A stretch of DNA of 62,615 bases, filler included, from Coriobacteriales bacterium (GTDB lineage: Bacteria > Actinomycetota > Coriobacteriia > Coriobacteriales > UBA8131): the NCBI GenBank assembly GCA_031263105.1. It is 7 parts of 7 records of this genome, joined end to end, with 100 filler letters (N's around TTAATTAATTAA, not from the genome) between each part and the next. Parts side by side here need not be neighbours in the genome. Positions count along the whole stretch, not along the records: positions 1 to 8,185 come from JAISGJ010000117.1; positions 8,286 to 17,274 come from JAISGJ010000127.1; 5 more parts are not named here. The stretch is one strand, 5' to 3'. Positions within the stretch are counted from its first letter, which is position 1, and every line of letters starts with the position of its first letter. The notes beneath the pieces were generated by a model, which worked only from the letters and a program-made list of their open reading frames with translations, made no database searches and was not told where the DNA came from. Both the position numbers and the translations under genes were made by a program. Shown here piece by piece: positions 1-8,875 of this stretch.

Positions 1-2
1 CG

Positions 3-221
3 GCCAGACTTTTCGTCAAGCCCACCCCCTCCATATCTTTGGAGCAGCGGACAGTCGACGTTGACGGCGGCCGGACCGGCATCTCCGTCCAAGGCCGCCA
101 CGACCCCTGCCTGGGACCAAGGGTGGCCCCGGCGGCCGAGGCGGCCTGCCTGATCGTCCTGGCCGACTTTTACCTGCGGGCCCCGGCCCGCCTGGACAAG
201 CTTGAGGAAATGTGGGGATAG
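3..221 (+). CDS. aroC: Chorismate synthase, C-terminal fragment (5' end outside window)
   Basis: Frame 3 reads [19 protein letters not shown]...[35 protein letters not shown] and GRHDPC are chorismate synthase signatures. TAG at 219-221. Confidence 0.85.
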   Translation, partial: ARLFVKPTPSISLEQRTVDVDGGRTGISVQGRHDPCLGPRVAPAAEAACLIVLADFYLRAPARLDKLEEMWG

Positions 222-362
222 GCCGCCGGGCTTTCCGCCGGGGGCGCGCGGGTCGCGGCAATCGGTCGGGACAACCGGGCTCCGCCGTCCCGGACCCGCC
301 TCCCCCGCCGCGCCGGGCCCGCCCCCCCCCCCCCCCCCCCGCCCCCCGCCCCCCCCCCCCCC

Positions 363-920
363 GACCGGGCCCTCCTCCGCTGCTTTGCCGGACGCCTCGT
401 CCGCCCCGTCGACCGTCGGCTTGGCCCCTGTGAGCCGCTCGGGGTCAAAGCCGCTGATGCGGCTGGCCACCTTCAGGATCGGACTCATGAAGACGAGCAC
501 GAACATGATGGCCAGCACCACTATCAGCGGCAGTATGGTCACATAGAAGCCGATGACGGCCCCCATGCCCTGGGTAGCAAAGTTGGTGATAAAGGCCACG
601 AAGAAGCCTATCAGCACTCCCATTGCCACACCCAGCGTGACGCTTTGCACGGCATACACGCCCAGCCGTGCCCTGATGCGCAACGCCTGCGCCAAAGCGA
701 TGCCCCAGTCAAAGGCCGGCACCAGGCTGCCTATGGTATAGCCAATGAAAAAGGCCAGAAGGGATGCCTGCACAAACGCCGACGGCGTAAGGATAGACAG
801 GGCCTCGTTTCCCGGCAGGTTTTGGACATAGAGCAGTGCGCCCAAGCTGATGCCCAGACCCAGCACCACGTTAATCAGGGCAATAGCTATCTTCTCGAAC
901 CAAACGGGGCCCTTCATCAC
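363..920 (-). CDS. Hypothetical integral membrane protein (about 4 TM); 3' end obscured by poly-C tract
   Basis: Not in the ORF track because the frame has no stop before the window edge. Hand translation from GTG 920/ATG 917: MKGPVWFEKIAIALINVVLGLGISLGALLYV...ILPLIVVLAIMFVLVFMSPILKVASRISGFDPERL. Starts 11 nt after the MFS stop. Confidence 0.65.
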
Positions 921-931
921 TTATCGTCCCC

Positions 932-2227
932 CTAGCGAACCTTCAGGAACAGCGACAGCACAAACGCCACCGCCACCAGCGGCACCAGGCAGAACAAGGC
1001 CACGCTCAGCCAAGAGCCGCCCACGCCCACCAACACGTTGGAGATCACCAACGGCCCCACCAACAGACCGAGGTTCTGGCCTACGGCAGCAACGCCCATG
1101 GCCATGCCGGAGTACTCCGGCCTACCGGCAATCTCAGGAGAGGCCGCATAGGTGCCGGTGGACGTGCCAGAGGAGAACACCGCAAGGAAGAACATGGCGA
1201 TGCAGACGCCCACCATCCCCAGCGACGGATTGAAGATCACGACTGCCGTGACCGTGAGGCCGAACAGCGGCAGCATGATGATCTTCTTGCGTGAGCCGAT
1301 CTTGTCCGAGATGAGGCCGCAGACAGGCTCCGCAAAAAAGACGACGAAGGCCGAGGCTGCGGTCAGCAGGTTGGCGGTGGTCAGATCCAAGCCGAGCCCA
1401 AAGCCGCCAGGCACCAGCGGATCCTGGAGGTAGGTAGGCAGGAACTGGGTGATGCCCCCTGGCCCGGCCATGTTGAAGATCGCAAAGATCAGGGCCAGCA
1501 GCCAGAGCTTGCCGTTCCTCAGAACCTTGAGGGACCCTTTGAACGCCGCCAGGGCGTCCTCGCTGCCTTCTTTCTGCACAGCTTCTGCGCCGTGCAGCTG
1601 CTGCGCCTCTTCAGGGGTAGGCATCCGGAAGAAGAGCACGACAAGAACCAAAATGACTACCGCGAATATCGCACCGAACCACCAGGATGCCTGCCAGCTC
1701 AAAGCCTCGGGGCTGCCAAAGGTCTGACCGAGAAACGGCGCCACGGCCAGCATGACCATCATGCCAAAGGGCACCCACGTGGTGAACACTCCCAACGGCA
1801 GGCCGCGCCTGTCCCGGGGGAACCAGATCGAGATGCCCGAGGGGGCGGCAACGCCCAACAGCCCGAAGCCTATGCCCTCGATCACACGGGACACGGCCAG
1901 CATCTCGAAGCCCGTGGAAAGCACGCCGATCACCGAACCCAGCGCCGTCGCAGAGATGGCAATGACTATCGAGGCCTTGACCCCCAGTCGCTGCACCAGT
2001 ATGCCTCCGGGCAACGCAAGGACCAGCCCGGCAATGGAAAACACCGACATCAGGACGGCAGCGGACGTAATGGGGATGCTCAGTGCCGGGATGATCACCG
2101 GCATCAAGGCCTGAACCTTGAACATGTTCAACGGCGCGGTGATGGCCGCAAGGTACATCAGCACCAGAACCACCCACGAGTACCTTGGCACAGGCATCTT
2201 CCTCGTCCCAACAGCTGTAGTTTGCAT
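932..2227 (-). CDS. MFS transporter (about 12 TM)
   Basis: ATG 2227 preceded by AAGGAGGAG. Many hydrophobic helices, with GGILVQRLGVK and GLISDKIGSRK (MFS motif A-like) and SRVIEGIG. Confidence 0.9.
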   Translation of the reverse strand: MQTTAVGTRKMPVPRYSWVVLVLMYLAAITAPLNMFKVQALMPVIIPALSIPITSAAVLMSVFSIAGLVLALPGGILVQRLGVKASIVIAISATALGSVIGVLSTGFEMLAVSRVIEGIGFGLLGVAAPSGISIWFPRDRRGLPLGVFTTWVPFGMMVMLAVAPFLGQTFGSPEALSWQASWWFGAIFAVVILVLVVLFFRMPTPEEAQQLHGAEAVQKEGSEDALAAFKGSLKVLRNGKLWLLALIFAIFNMAGPGGITQFLPTYLQDPLVPGGFGLGLDLTTANLLTAASAFVVFFAEPVCGLISDKIGSRKKIIMLPLFGLTVTAVVIFNPSLGMVGVCIAMFFLAVFSSGTSTGTYAASPEIAGRPEYSGMAMGVAAVGQNLGLLVGPLVISNVLVGVGGSWLSVALFCLVPLVAVAFVLSLFLKVR

Positions 2228-2271
2228 TTCTCCTCCTTTTGTTCGACAAGCCGTATCAGCACGTACCTTCC

Positions 2272-2844
2272 CTACCGCTCCAACGAATCGAGCAGGCCAA
2301 CGACGGTCGCAAAGAACTCCGTATCGGCCTGCTGCCGCACCTCTGCGGCAAAAGTCGGCAGCCAAGGCACCAGATGCTCGGCAAGAAACGCCCGTGCCTC
2401 GGCAGGCCTTCCCTCCTCCCACAAAAACGCCACGAAGCGAAGCTCCAAGCTGATATGGTCGGCAGGCTCGTTGCTCTGACTGAGGTCGGGAACAAAGCCC
2501 GATTCGGCGTAGAGCCGCTTTGCCAGAACAGCCGCATCCTGCATCAACAGGCGTTGAGCGCTGCGATAGATCGACTCATAGGGAAAGGGAGCGTCCCTTC
2601 GACTGCCGCAGAAAAGCGCGGTGTAGTCCACGGCGATGGCCCGGTAGGCCGCCTCGTCCAAGCCAGCGATGACGCGGGCGACATCCGCACACACGCCGGA
2701 TCCCTGCCCGCCTAGCGCAGACTGCCAATCCAGCCTGCGCCATGCGGGGTCAAAGGCCTCGATCAGCGGACGACGCGGGGTCGTCCAGAAGATGTCTGCC
2801 AACCACTGCAGGAGGCGAGTGTCAGCTTCGTTGTGTTCCACCAC
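2272..2844 (-). CDS. TorD/DmsD-family molybdoenzyme maturation chaperone
   Basis: DYTALF...PYESIY and EPADHISLELRF motifs, then EHLVPW. Lies in the molybdoenzyme operon. Confidence 0.9.
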   Translation of the reverse strand: MVEHNEADTRLLQWLADIFWTTPRRPLIEAFDPAWRRLDWQSALGGQGSGVCADVARVIAGLDEAAYRAIAVDYTALFCGSRRDAPFPYESIYRSAQRLLMQDAAVLAKRLYAESGFVPDLSQSNEPADHISLELRFVAFLWEEGRPAEARAFLAEHLVPWLPTFAAEVRQQADTEFFATVVGLLDSLER

Positions 2845-2914
2845 GACTGCTCCTCAAAACCGGTGGATCCGGGCAGGCCGTCTTAAGAGCCGTGAAGTCC
2901 AGAGAAGTGCCGAT

Positions 2915-3532
2915 TCAGGCGTTGTGCCACGCGGGGCTGTACAAGGTGTCCATGTCTTGGAAGTAGCGTCCCGTGAGCAGGTAGTAGACAGACGGCTGGT
3001 TGTCGAGCTCTGGCCGCAGCCGATGAATGCCGCCCATATCCTCATAGACCATCAGGGCTTGGGCCACCATGGTCTCGTCGTCGTCCAGATCGCCGAACAT
3101 GATGGAGCGGCCAAGGCAGTTGGTGGAGCACTTGGGTGCCCCGCCGGCATCTATCGACTCGGCGCAGCCGTCGCATTTGCCCACCCTGCCGTCCTTGGGG
3201 TCCAAGAAGATACGCTGATAGGGGCAGGCGGCCACACAGGGCTTGTCCCGGCAGCTCTCGCACACAGAGGTGTCCCCCACCGCCACGATGCCGTCGGCGC
3301 GCTTGGAGAACACGCCCTGCGGGCAGGCCGGCACACAGGAGGGCTTGGCGCAATGCTGACAGGGGACGGGGATAAAATAGGTGTTCGGCCTCGGGTAGTC
3401 ATCGGTCATCGCAGTGAAGGTCTCGATGTAATGCGAGCCCAAGAACGACTCGGTCTGCTTTTTGCAGGCCAGCATGCAGCTGCGATGGTCGGAGCAGGTA
3501 TCAAGATTGATAACAAAGCCAAGCCTGGTCAT
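2915..3532 (-). CDS. Four-cluster Fe-S (DmsB/NrfC-like) subunit
   Basis: Starts MTRLGFVINLDTC with ATGA overlap on the upstream stop. Cys groups CSDHRSCMLAC, CQHCAKPSCVPACP, CESCRDKPCVAACP and KCDGC...KCSTNC. Confidence 0.9.
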   Translation of the reverse strand: MTRLGFVINLDTCSDHRSCMLACKKQTESFLGSHYIETFTAMTDDYPRPNTYFIPVPCQHCAKPSCVPACPQGVFSKRADGIVAVGDTSVCESCRDKPCVAACPYQRIFLDPKDGRVGKCDGCAESIDAGGAPKCSTNCLGRSIMFGDLDDDETMVAQALMVYEDMGGIHRLRPELDNQPSVYYLLTGRYFQDMDTLYSPAWHNA

Positions 3533-6234
3533 CTCGGCTCCTCTCCACTGAGCGGCATCAAGGCCTCCAGCTCGTCGCGTGTGATCATCGGGTGGTAGCG
3601 CTCGATGTCCTCGGCGCTGCACTTGTAGACCTTGCAGAGCTGGGAGCGCAGGCCGGGAGTGCCGGTCTCCGGGGTCTGGTTGTTCATCTCCAGCAGCGCC
3701 TCGCAGTTCCACTCAAAGGCGCCGTGCTGGTCGTCCGTCGCAGCCTTCTCCGGCCGCCACCAAGCATGCTGGGAATAGGAGACCAGGCCCTTGACGGCAA
3801 TCAGGCGGAAGGAGACCCGGCCCATGACCCTGTTCATCGGCGCCCTGCCGCCCTCTGGCGAGGACTCCACCCAGACCCAGTCGCCATGCGTGACGCCGTA
3901 GTAGGCCGCCGTCTCGGGGTTGATGAAGACCTCGGGCGTGGGGTTGCTCTCGCGCAGCCAAGGCAGCTGGCGAAACTCCGAGTGGAAGTAGCCTGCCTGA
4001 CGCTTGCCGGTGGTCAGGACCAGCGGGTACTCCTTGGCCAGGTCCGGACGCGAGTAGGGCGACTCGGCCGGCTCGGCATAGGTGGGCAGCGGCGGATACC
4101 CGTACTTGTGATGCAGCGTTGAGAACAGGTTGGCCTTGCCGGTGTCATTGGGGAACTTCCCGGATACCTTGTAGCGTTCCAGCACCAAGGGGATGGTGCC
4201 GTTGGGATAGGGCACCTTGCGCTGCTTCAGGCACTCCTCCCAAGACACGCCGGTAAACTCGCGGCACCAGCGGTCGCGCTCCTCGTCGATGGTGTGGTTC
4301 TCCCAAAGCTCGCCCACCTCACCGGCCCAGAACTTGGTGTTGTCCGGGTTGCGCAGCCCGTAATTGTAGCTCGGGTCGTACTCTGCGAGCTTGTGGGCAA
4401 GAAGAGAGCCGAAGTCGTAGTCGTGCTTGGCCTCGCAGATCGGCTCCACCGCCCGGCTGAAGGCGTTTTTGTAGGGTGGCCCGAACAGTGTGGAGAACTC
4501 CAAGTAGTTGCGCTCCATCCAGGTGTGCGCAGGGAACACGTAGTCGGCCATCTCTGCGGTGGGGGTCATCACGAAATCCGAGCAGACGTGCAGCTCGATG
4601 ACCGACTCGTCGTTGAGCGCCCGCATCCACCGGGCCGTCGTGGGGTCGTGCATCAGGAAGTTGGACGAGATGGAGATGATGCCGTGCACGGGGTAGGGCC
4701 GTCCGGTCTCGATGGCCTCTATCACGGCGTGGACATCCGGCACGTTCAAGGTCGCGTCGGCGTTCTCCGGGCGGAGGGGATGCCACTCGGTCCAGTCCTC
4801 CCAGGCGTTGCCGCAGGCGATCCGATGCTCGTAGTAGCCCAGGCGCTTGCGCTTTTGGTCCAGCGACATGCCGTCTGCATAGGAGATGTCCCACTCATTG
4901 GGGAAGGGCGCCGGTGTGACCGGGTAGTACTGCAGAAACGAGGTGGTGGGCGAGACGTCGATGCTGCCGGTGAGCATCCGTACCACCGCCACGGACAGGA
5001 AGTACTGCGAGGCATTGGTTGCCATGTAGTTGCCGTCACAGAGCATGTCCAAAGGCTGGTTGTTCTCGATCAACGTGCAGACCCGCTCTATCTGCTCCGC
5101 AGGAATCCACGTCACGCTCGAGGTCTTCTTGAAGGTCCACTCGCTCGCCTTCTCCCTCAGCAGCTGGAAGGCAGGCTTGCAGACGGTGGGCTGCCGGTGC
5201 CTGCCGATGGCGACCTCGTACTCGCCATACAGGGCAGGGTCAAAGCTCTCCGGCAGCACTGCGGGGGAATGCTCGAATGAGGGCAGGTCCTGCTCGAAGC
5301 GGGCCACGCATTCCTCGAAGTGGGCCTTGCCGGACTCACCGCCCTCCCATTGGATCTCCTCGGCGTCCCAGTACTTGAGCCGACCTTCCTTGATGTCCCA
5401 CAGCATGTAGCGCTGGCTAGGGCTGCCGCCTGTGGAGAGGTCGCTTTCCAAGAGCAGGCCGCCCGTGTCTTCGCGCACCAGAAACGCTGCGTTGGTCCAC
5501 TCTTTGACGAAGGCCTCGTTGAATCTGCCGGTCTCGATCAGATGGCGAATCACACACAGATAGAAGGCCAGGTCCGTGCCGGGCCGGATAGGGCACCACT
5601 CCTGGCTGCGGGCGGCCTTGGGGCCGCAGATGGGATCCAGCACAACGTTCGGGTAGCCGGCGGTCTCGTTCATCACCTGGGCGCCGGAAAGCGGCGGCGC
5701 ACAGTACTCTGCCGAGGTTCCGGACAGGATGTGCAGCTTGGTGGTGGCCCCATCGCCCGTGACCGACATGTTCATGATCGTGCCGAAATTCACCTGGTGA
5801 TGGATCTGCGGCAACAGGCAGAGCTGGGTCACACCGAAGTAGTTGTTGGGAGTGTTGAGGGTGCGGGCGATCTTATGGGCGACCCAGCCCATGTCCTGGC
5901 GCCCCGTACGTCCCGGCAGCACAAAGGTCTCGCCGCCGTACTTGCCGATCATTGCATGAATCTTCTCGGCGACTTCGCTGATGGCCTGGTCCCAGCTGAT
6001 GCGCTCCCACCTGCCCTCGCCACGCTTGCCCGCACGCTTCAGTGGGTAGCGCACGCGAGTCGGCGAGTACTGCACCTGCAGGGTGCCGATGCCGCGACCG
6101 CAGATGATGTCCGTCCCGCCCTCTGACATCGGGACGCCGAGTATGTTCACCACTCGGCCGTCCTCGACCTCATAATAGGCGGGGCAGGACAACATGCAGG
6201 CTCGACAGTGGCCGTAGACGGTCTCCTTTGCCAT
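3529..6234 (-). CDS. DMSO-reductase-family molybdopterin oxidoreductase catalytic subunit (no Tat signal, predicted cytoplasmic)
   Basis: 901 aa. N-terminal C-x2-C-x3-C-x27-C, YPLKRAGKRGEGRWERISWDQA, IRPGTDLA, MTPTAEMADYVFP and YPLVLTTG...FHSEFRQ. RBS GGGAGG. Confidence 0.93.
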   Translation of the reverse strand: MAKETVYGHCRACMLSCPAYYEVEDGRVVNILGVPMSEGGTDIICGRGIGTLQVQYSPTRVRYPLKRAGKRGEGRWERISWDQAISEVAEKIHAMIGKYGGETFVLPGRTGRQDMGWVAHKIARTLNTPNNYFGVTQLCLLPQIHHQVNFGTIMNMSVTGDGATTKLHILSGTSAEYCAPPLSGAQVMNETAGYPNVVLDPICGPKAARSQEWCPIRPGTDLAFYLCVIRHLIETGRFNEAFVKEWTNAAFLVREDTGGLLLESDLSTGGSPSQRYMLWDIKEGRLKYWDAEEIQWEGGESGKAHFEECVARFEQDLPSFEHSPAVLPESFDPALYGEYEVAIGRHRQPTVCKPAFQLLREKASEWTFKKTSSVTWIPAEQIERVCTLIENNQPLDMLCDGNYMATNASQYFLSVAVVRMLTGSIDVSPTTSFLQYYPVTPAPFPNEWDISYADGMSLDQKRKRLGYYEHRIACGNAWEDWTEWHPLRPENADATLNVPDVHAVIEAIETGRPYPVHGIISISSNFLMHDPTTARWMRALNDESVIELHVCSDFVMTPTAEMADYVFPAHTWMERNYLEFSTLFGPPYKNAFSRAVEPICEAKHDYDFGSLLAHKLAEYDPSYNYGLRNPDNTKFWAGEVGELWENHTIDEERDRWCREFTGVSWEECLKQRKVPYPNGTIPLVLERYKVSGKFPNDTGKANLFSTLHHKYGYPPLPTYAEPAESPYSRPDLAKEYPLVLTTGKRQAGYFHSEFRQLPWLRESNPTPEVFINPETAAYYGVTHGDWVWVESSPEGGRAPMNRVMGRVSFRLIAVKGLVSYSQHAWWRPEKAATDDQHGAFEWNCEALLEMNNQTPETGTPGLRSQLCKVYKCSAEDIERYHPMITRDELEALMPLSGEEPR

Positions 6235-6266
6235 TGCGTACCTCCCGCTCTTTCACGGTTCCCTTA

Positions 6267-6370
6267 AGGAGGCGATGAGCGCTCATCGTCTCTTCGATGA
6301 GGTAAGCATAGGTGCTCAGAGTCACTACGGGAATAATCTCTTGATAGCGGAGGTCTCAACCAATGGTTGA
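6267..6370 (-). promoter_or_regulatory. Putative promoter/operator region of the molybdoenzyme operon
   Basis: Minus-strand TTCCCG(6333-6328)-17-TATGCT(6310-6305). Perfect palindromes CGATGAGCGCTCATCG (6273-6288) and TCAACCA-A-TGGTTGA (6356-6370). Confidence 0.4.
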
Positions 6371-6411
6371 AGCAGTATGTGGGGGGGGGGGGGGGGGGGG
6401 GTGACCCAAGC

Positions 6412-6515
6412 GTTACTGTACGCACCCCCCACTGTCATTCCGAGCGCAGCGAAGCGAAGCCGAGGAATCTTCGGATCCGAGCGCCCGGAATGGCAGTGGG
6501 TGTGTGTACAGAAAC
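6412..6515. repeat. Family A palindromic REP/MITE-like element (short copy)
   Basis: GTTACTGTACGCACCCCCCACTGTCATTCCGAGC...GAGGAATC at left, with degenerate inverted end CGGAATGGCAGTGGGTGTGTGTACAGAAAC. Confidence 0.8.
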
Positions 6516-6518
6516 TTC

Positions 6519-7370
6519 CTACCCGCTCAGGAGGCCTGCGTCGAGGGGGTACTGGGCGCCGGTGGCGTAGCGGGCCTTGTCGCTGGCGAGCCAGAGCACG
6601 AGCGCGGCGACGTCCTCGGTCTCGATCCAGGGCACCGGCAGCAGGTTCCCTGCGCTGCGCTCGCCGATCTCCTGGGCGGTGGAGCCCTCCATGGCGGCGA
6701 GGCTGTCGTTCATCTGCGTGTTCACGCCCGTCGGATGGATGCTCACGACCCTGATGCCGAAGGGCGCAAGCTCGATGGCCCAGCTCTTCGTGAGGCCCGT
6801 GAGGCCCCACTTGGAGGCCGCGTAATGCGAGAGCCGGGCGCCTCCTCGCAGCCCCATGATGCTCGAGTTGTTGATGATGACGCCCCGCCCTGCCGCCTTC
6901 ATGTGCGGCACCACGCGACGCGTGACGATCATGGGGCCCTTGAGGTTGATGTCGATGGTCGCGTCGAGCGCCTCGTCGGTGATGGCGTCCACCTCGGCGT
7001 AGCCGAGCACGCCTGCGTTGTTGAACAGGACGTCGATGCGCCCGAACGCGGCAGCCGCCTCGTTAACCACGCGGCTCACGGCCGCATCGTCGCGCACGTC
7101 CGCGACCCCCACCACGATGCGCCGCCCCAGCGCCTCGACCTCCTCCCTGAGCGAGTGCAGGGCATCGCCCTCGCGCACCTGGACGGCGGGATACTCGACG
7201 CGCTGCCCCACGTCGAGGGCGACGATGTCCGCGCCCGCCCGGGCAAACTCCAGAACGACCTGCCTGCCCTGGCCGGATGCGGCCCCGGTGACGAAGGCGA
7301 CCCTGCCCGTGAAGTCGAGCGCCGCCGAGGCGGCCCCTGGGGGCGGGACGGCCCCGATCTTGTCCGCCAT
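6519..7370 (-). CDS. SDR-family oxidoreductase resembling the mycofactocin-associated (carveol dehydrogenase-like) subgroup
   Basis: TGAASGQG, NNAG and YAASK motifs. An insertion after VALDV, plus SIHPTGVNT and NLLPVPWIE, are typical of that subgroup. Confidence 0.85.
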   Translation of the reverse strand: MADKIGAVPPPGAASAALDFTGRVAFVTGAASGQGRQVVLEFARAGADIVALDVGQRVEYPAVQVREGDALHSLREEVEALGRRIVVGVADVRDDAAVSRVVNEAAAAFGRIDVLFNNAGVLGYAEVDAITDEALDATIDINLKGPMIVTRRVVPHMKAAGRGVIINNSSIMGLRGGARLSHYAASKWGLTGLTKSWAIELAPFGIRVVSIHPTGVNTQMNDSLAAMEGSTAQEIGERSAGNLLPVPWIETEDVAALVLWLASDKARYATGAQYPLDAGLLSG

Positions 7371-7373
7371 CTC

Positions 7374-7931
7374 TTATCCTTCTGTCGCGTTTACTTTTGC
7401 GAGAAACTCCGGGGTGACATAAGGCTCGAGCGGCTCGTCCACGTCGACCTTCGTCACCATGTTGAAGTAGTTGGTGGCGACCATCTGGGCCGCGAAGCCG
7501 ATGAGGAGGACGATCTGGCTGGGCGTGAACGTCTCTTTGAGCTGCGCGTAGAGCTCGTCGGGGACGGCGTTGGGGTTCCGGGAGATCGCCTCACCGAGGT
7601 CGAAGAGCAGCTGCTCCGTGCCGCTGAGCGCGAAGCCGCTGGGATCCTCGCCCGCATCCACGAATATCTGCTGGAAGAAGGTCGAGCAGAGCAGGCAGTG
7701 GTTGTTCGTGGAGATGGCGTAGCACAGCAGGTCTGTCGCCCGCTTGCCCACGACGTCCACGAGCCGCGCGTACAGCGTGTACCACTCCATGTAGGCGTGA
7801 TAGGTCGGCTCGTCGTGCAGCAGCAGGCGCTTCATGTTGGTCACGCGGCCCGAGCGGCCCGTCCAGTAGTCGTACTCCTTTTGCACCTCGTCGGAAGCGC
7901 CCTCGTACTCCGTCAACGGCAGATAGCTCAT
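7374..7931 (-). CDS. AhpD/carboxymuconolactone decarboxylase-like protein
   Basis: 185 aa with YAISTNNHCLLCSTFF (CxxC) and C-terminal VPDELYAQLKETF...MVATNYFN. RBS GGAAGGAG. Ends 3 nt before the SDR start. Confidence 0.75.
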   Translation of the reverse strand: MSYLPLTEYEGASDEVQKEYDYWTGRSGRVTNMKRLLLHDEPTYHAYMEWYTLYARLVDVVGKRATDLLCYAISTNNHCLLCSTFFQQIFVDAGEDPSGFALSGTEQLLFDLGEAISRNPNAVPDELYAQLKETFTPSQIVLLIGFAAQMVATNYFNMVTKVDVDEPLEPYVTPEFLAKVNATEG

Positions 7932-8100
7932 GTGGTGCTCCTTCCCTGTGGGACGCGTGTGCCGGGGCCTGCGTTTGGGGCCAGGCCCCGGCTGCGCCCC
8001 GGCTGCATCAAACTATTGGAATCTTATAAGAGTAGTATACAACAACTGGAGGGGATTTGATTGCAGTACTCGACTATCTTTTCCAAAATAGCTTTGTCGC

Positions 8101-8185
8101 GTTACTGGTCACACCCCCACTGTCATTCCGAGCTCCGCCGAGGAATCTTTGGACACGCAGTGTCCAACGGCAGGCCAGGGGGCCC
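8101..8185. repeat. Family A element, truncated by contig end
   Basis: GTTACTGGTCACACCCCCACTGTCATTCCGAGCTCCGCCGAGGAATC runs into the N spacer. Confidence 0.8.
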
Positions 8186-8285
8186 NNNNNNNNNNNNNNN
8201 NNNNNNNNNNNNNNNNNNNNNNNNNNNNNTTAATTAATTAANNNNNNNNNNNNNNNNNNNNNNNNNNNNNNNNNNNNNNNNNNNN
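8186..8285. other. Artificial contig spacer (N run with TTAATTAATTAA)
   Basis: An identical 100-nt spacer recurs six times, and TTAATTAATTAA gives stops in all frames. Confidence 0.98.
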
Positions 8286-8754
8286 ACTGTCATCCCGAGC
8301 CCCCCACTGTCATCCCGAGCCCCCCACTGTCATCCCGAGCCCCCCACTGTCATCCCGAGCCCCCCACTGTCATCCCGAGCCTGCCGAGGGATCCTCGACC
8401 GCACCAGCGGTCGACCGTGACCGGAAGGTGCCCCGCCCTGCAGTCGGCTGCTTCGCAGCAAAGGATCCCTCGGCTGCGGGGGCTTCGCCCCCTCCGCTCG
8501 GGATGACAGTGGGGGCGTGAGCCGTAACGGCGCATCGGGGCGCCGTGCCCTCGCGGTCGCCCTCATGGGCGGGTGTTTCGGCGATTGCGCCTTGACAGTG
8601 GGGGCGTGAGCCGTAACGGCACATCGGGGCACCGTGCCCTCGCGGTCGCCCTCACAGTGGGGGCGTGAGCCGTAACGGCGCATCGGGGCGCCGTGCCCTC
8701 GCTCGTGCCCTCTCGGGCGGGCGCTTCGGCGGGCGTTTCGGCGATTGCGCCTTG
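8286..8754. repeat. Family A element with a 20-bp tandem of its left end and a triplicated right flank
   Basis: CCCCCACTGTCATCCCGAGC x about 5 (8286-8380), element body to GCTCGGGATGACAGTGGGGG (8515), then ACAGTGGGGGCGTGAGCCGTAACGGC... starting at 8506, 8595 and 8654. Confidence 0.85.
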
Positions 8755-8875
8755 TCATGCCGGGCGGATGCGGCTATTGTTTACGGGTGAAGGACAGCGA
8801 GGCCTTTGGGCCTCATCGAGTCTTGGGTCCCGGCCCCATACGGGGATGCGGGGACGCAGGGAGGGCGAGGTGGCG

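Noticed and set aside
3529..6234. Specific naming as dopamine/catechol dehydroxylase or acetylene hydratase
   Set aside because: The substrate cannot be assigned from motifs, and the acetylene hydratase Asp next to the Fe-S Cys is absent.
8330..8758. Short ORFs with CHSE/CHPE, VIPS or LGMT peptides (also about 19897-20421, 25673-26108, 43800-44283, 52511-53061)
   Set aside because: They are translations of the family A repeat in intergenic regions, not genes.
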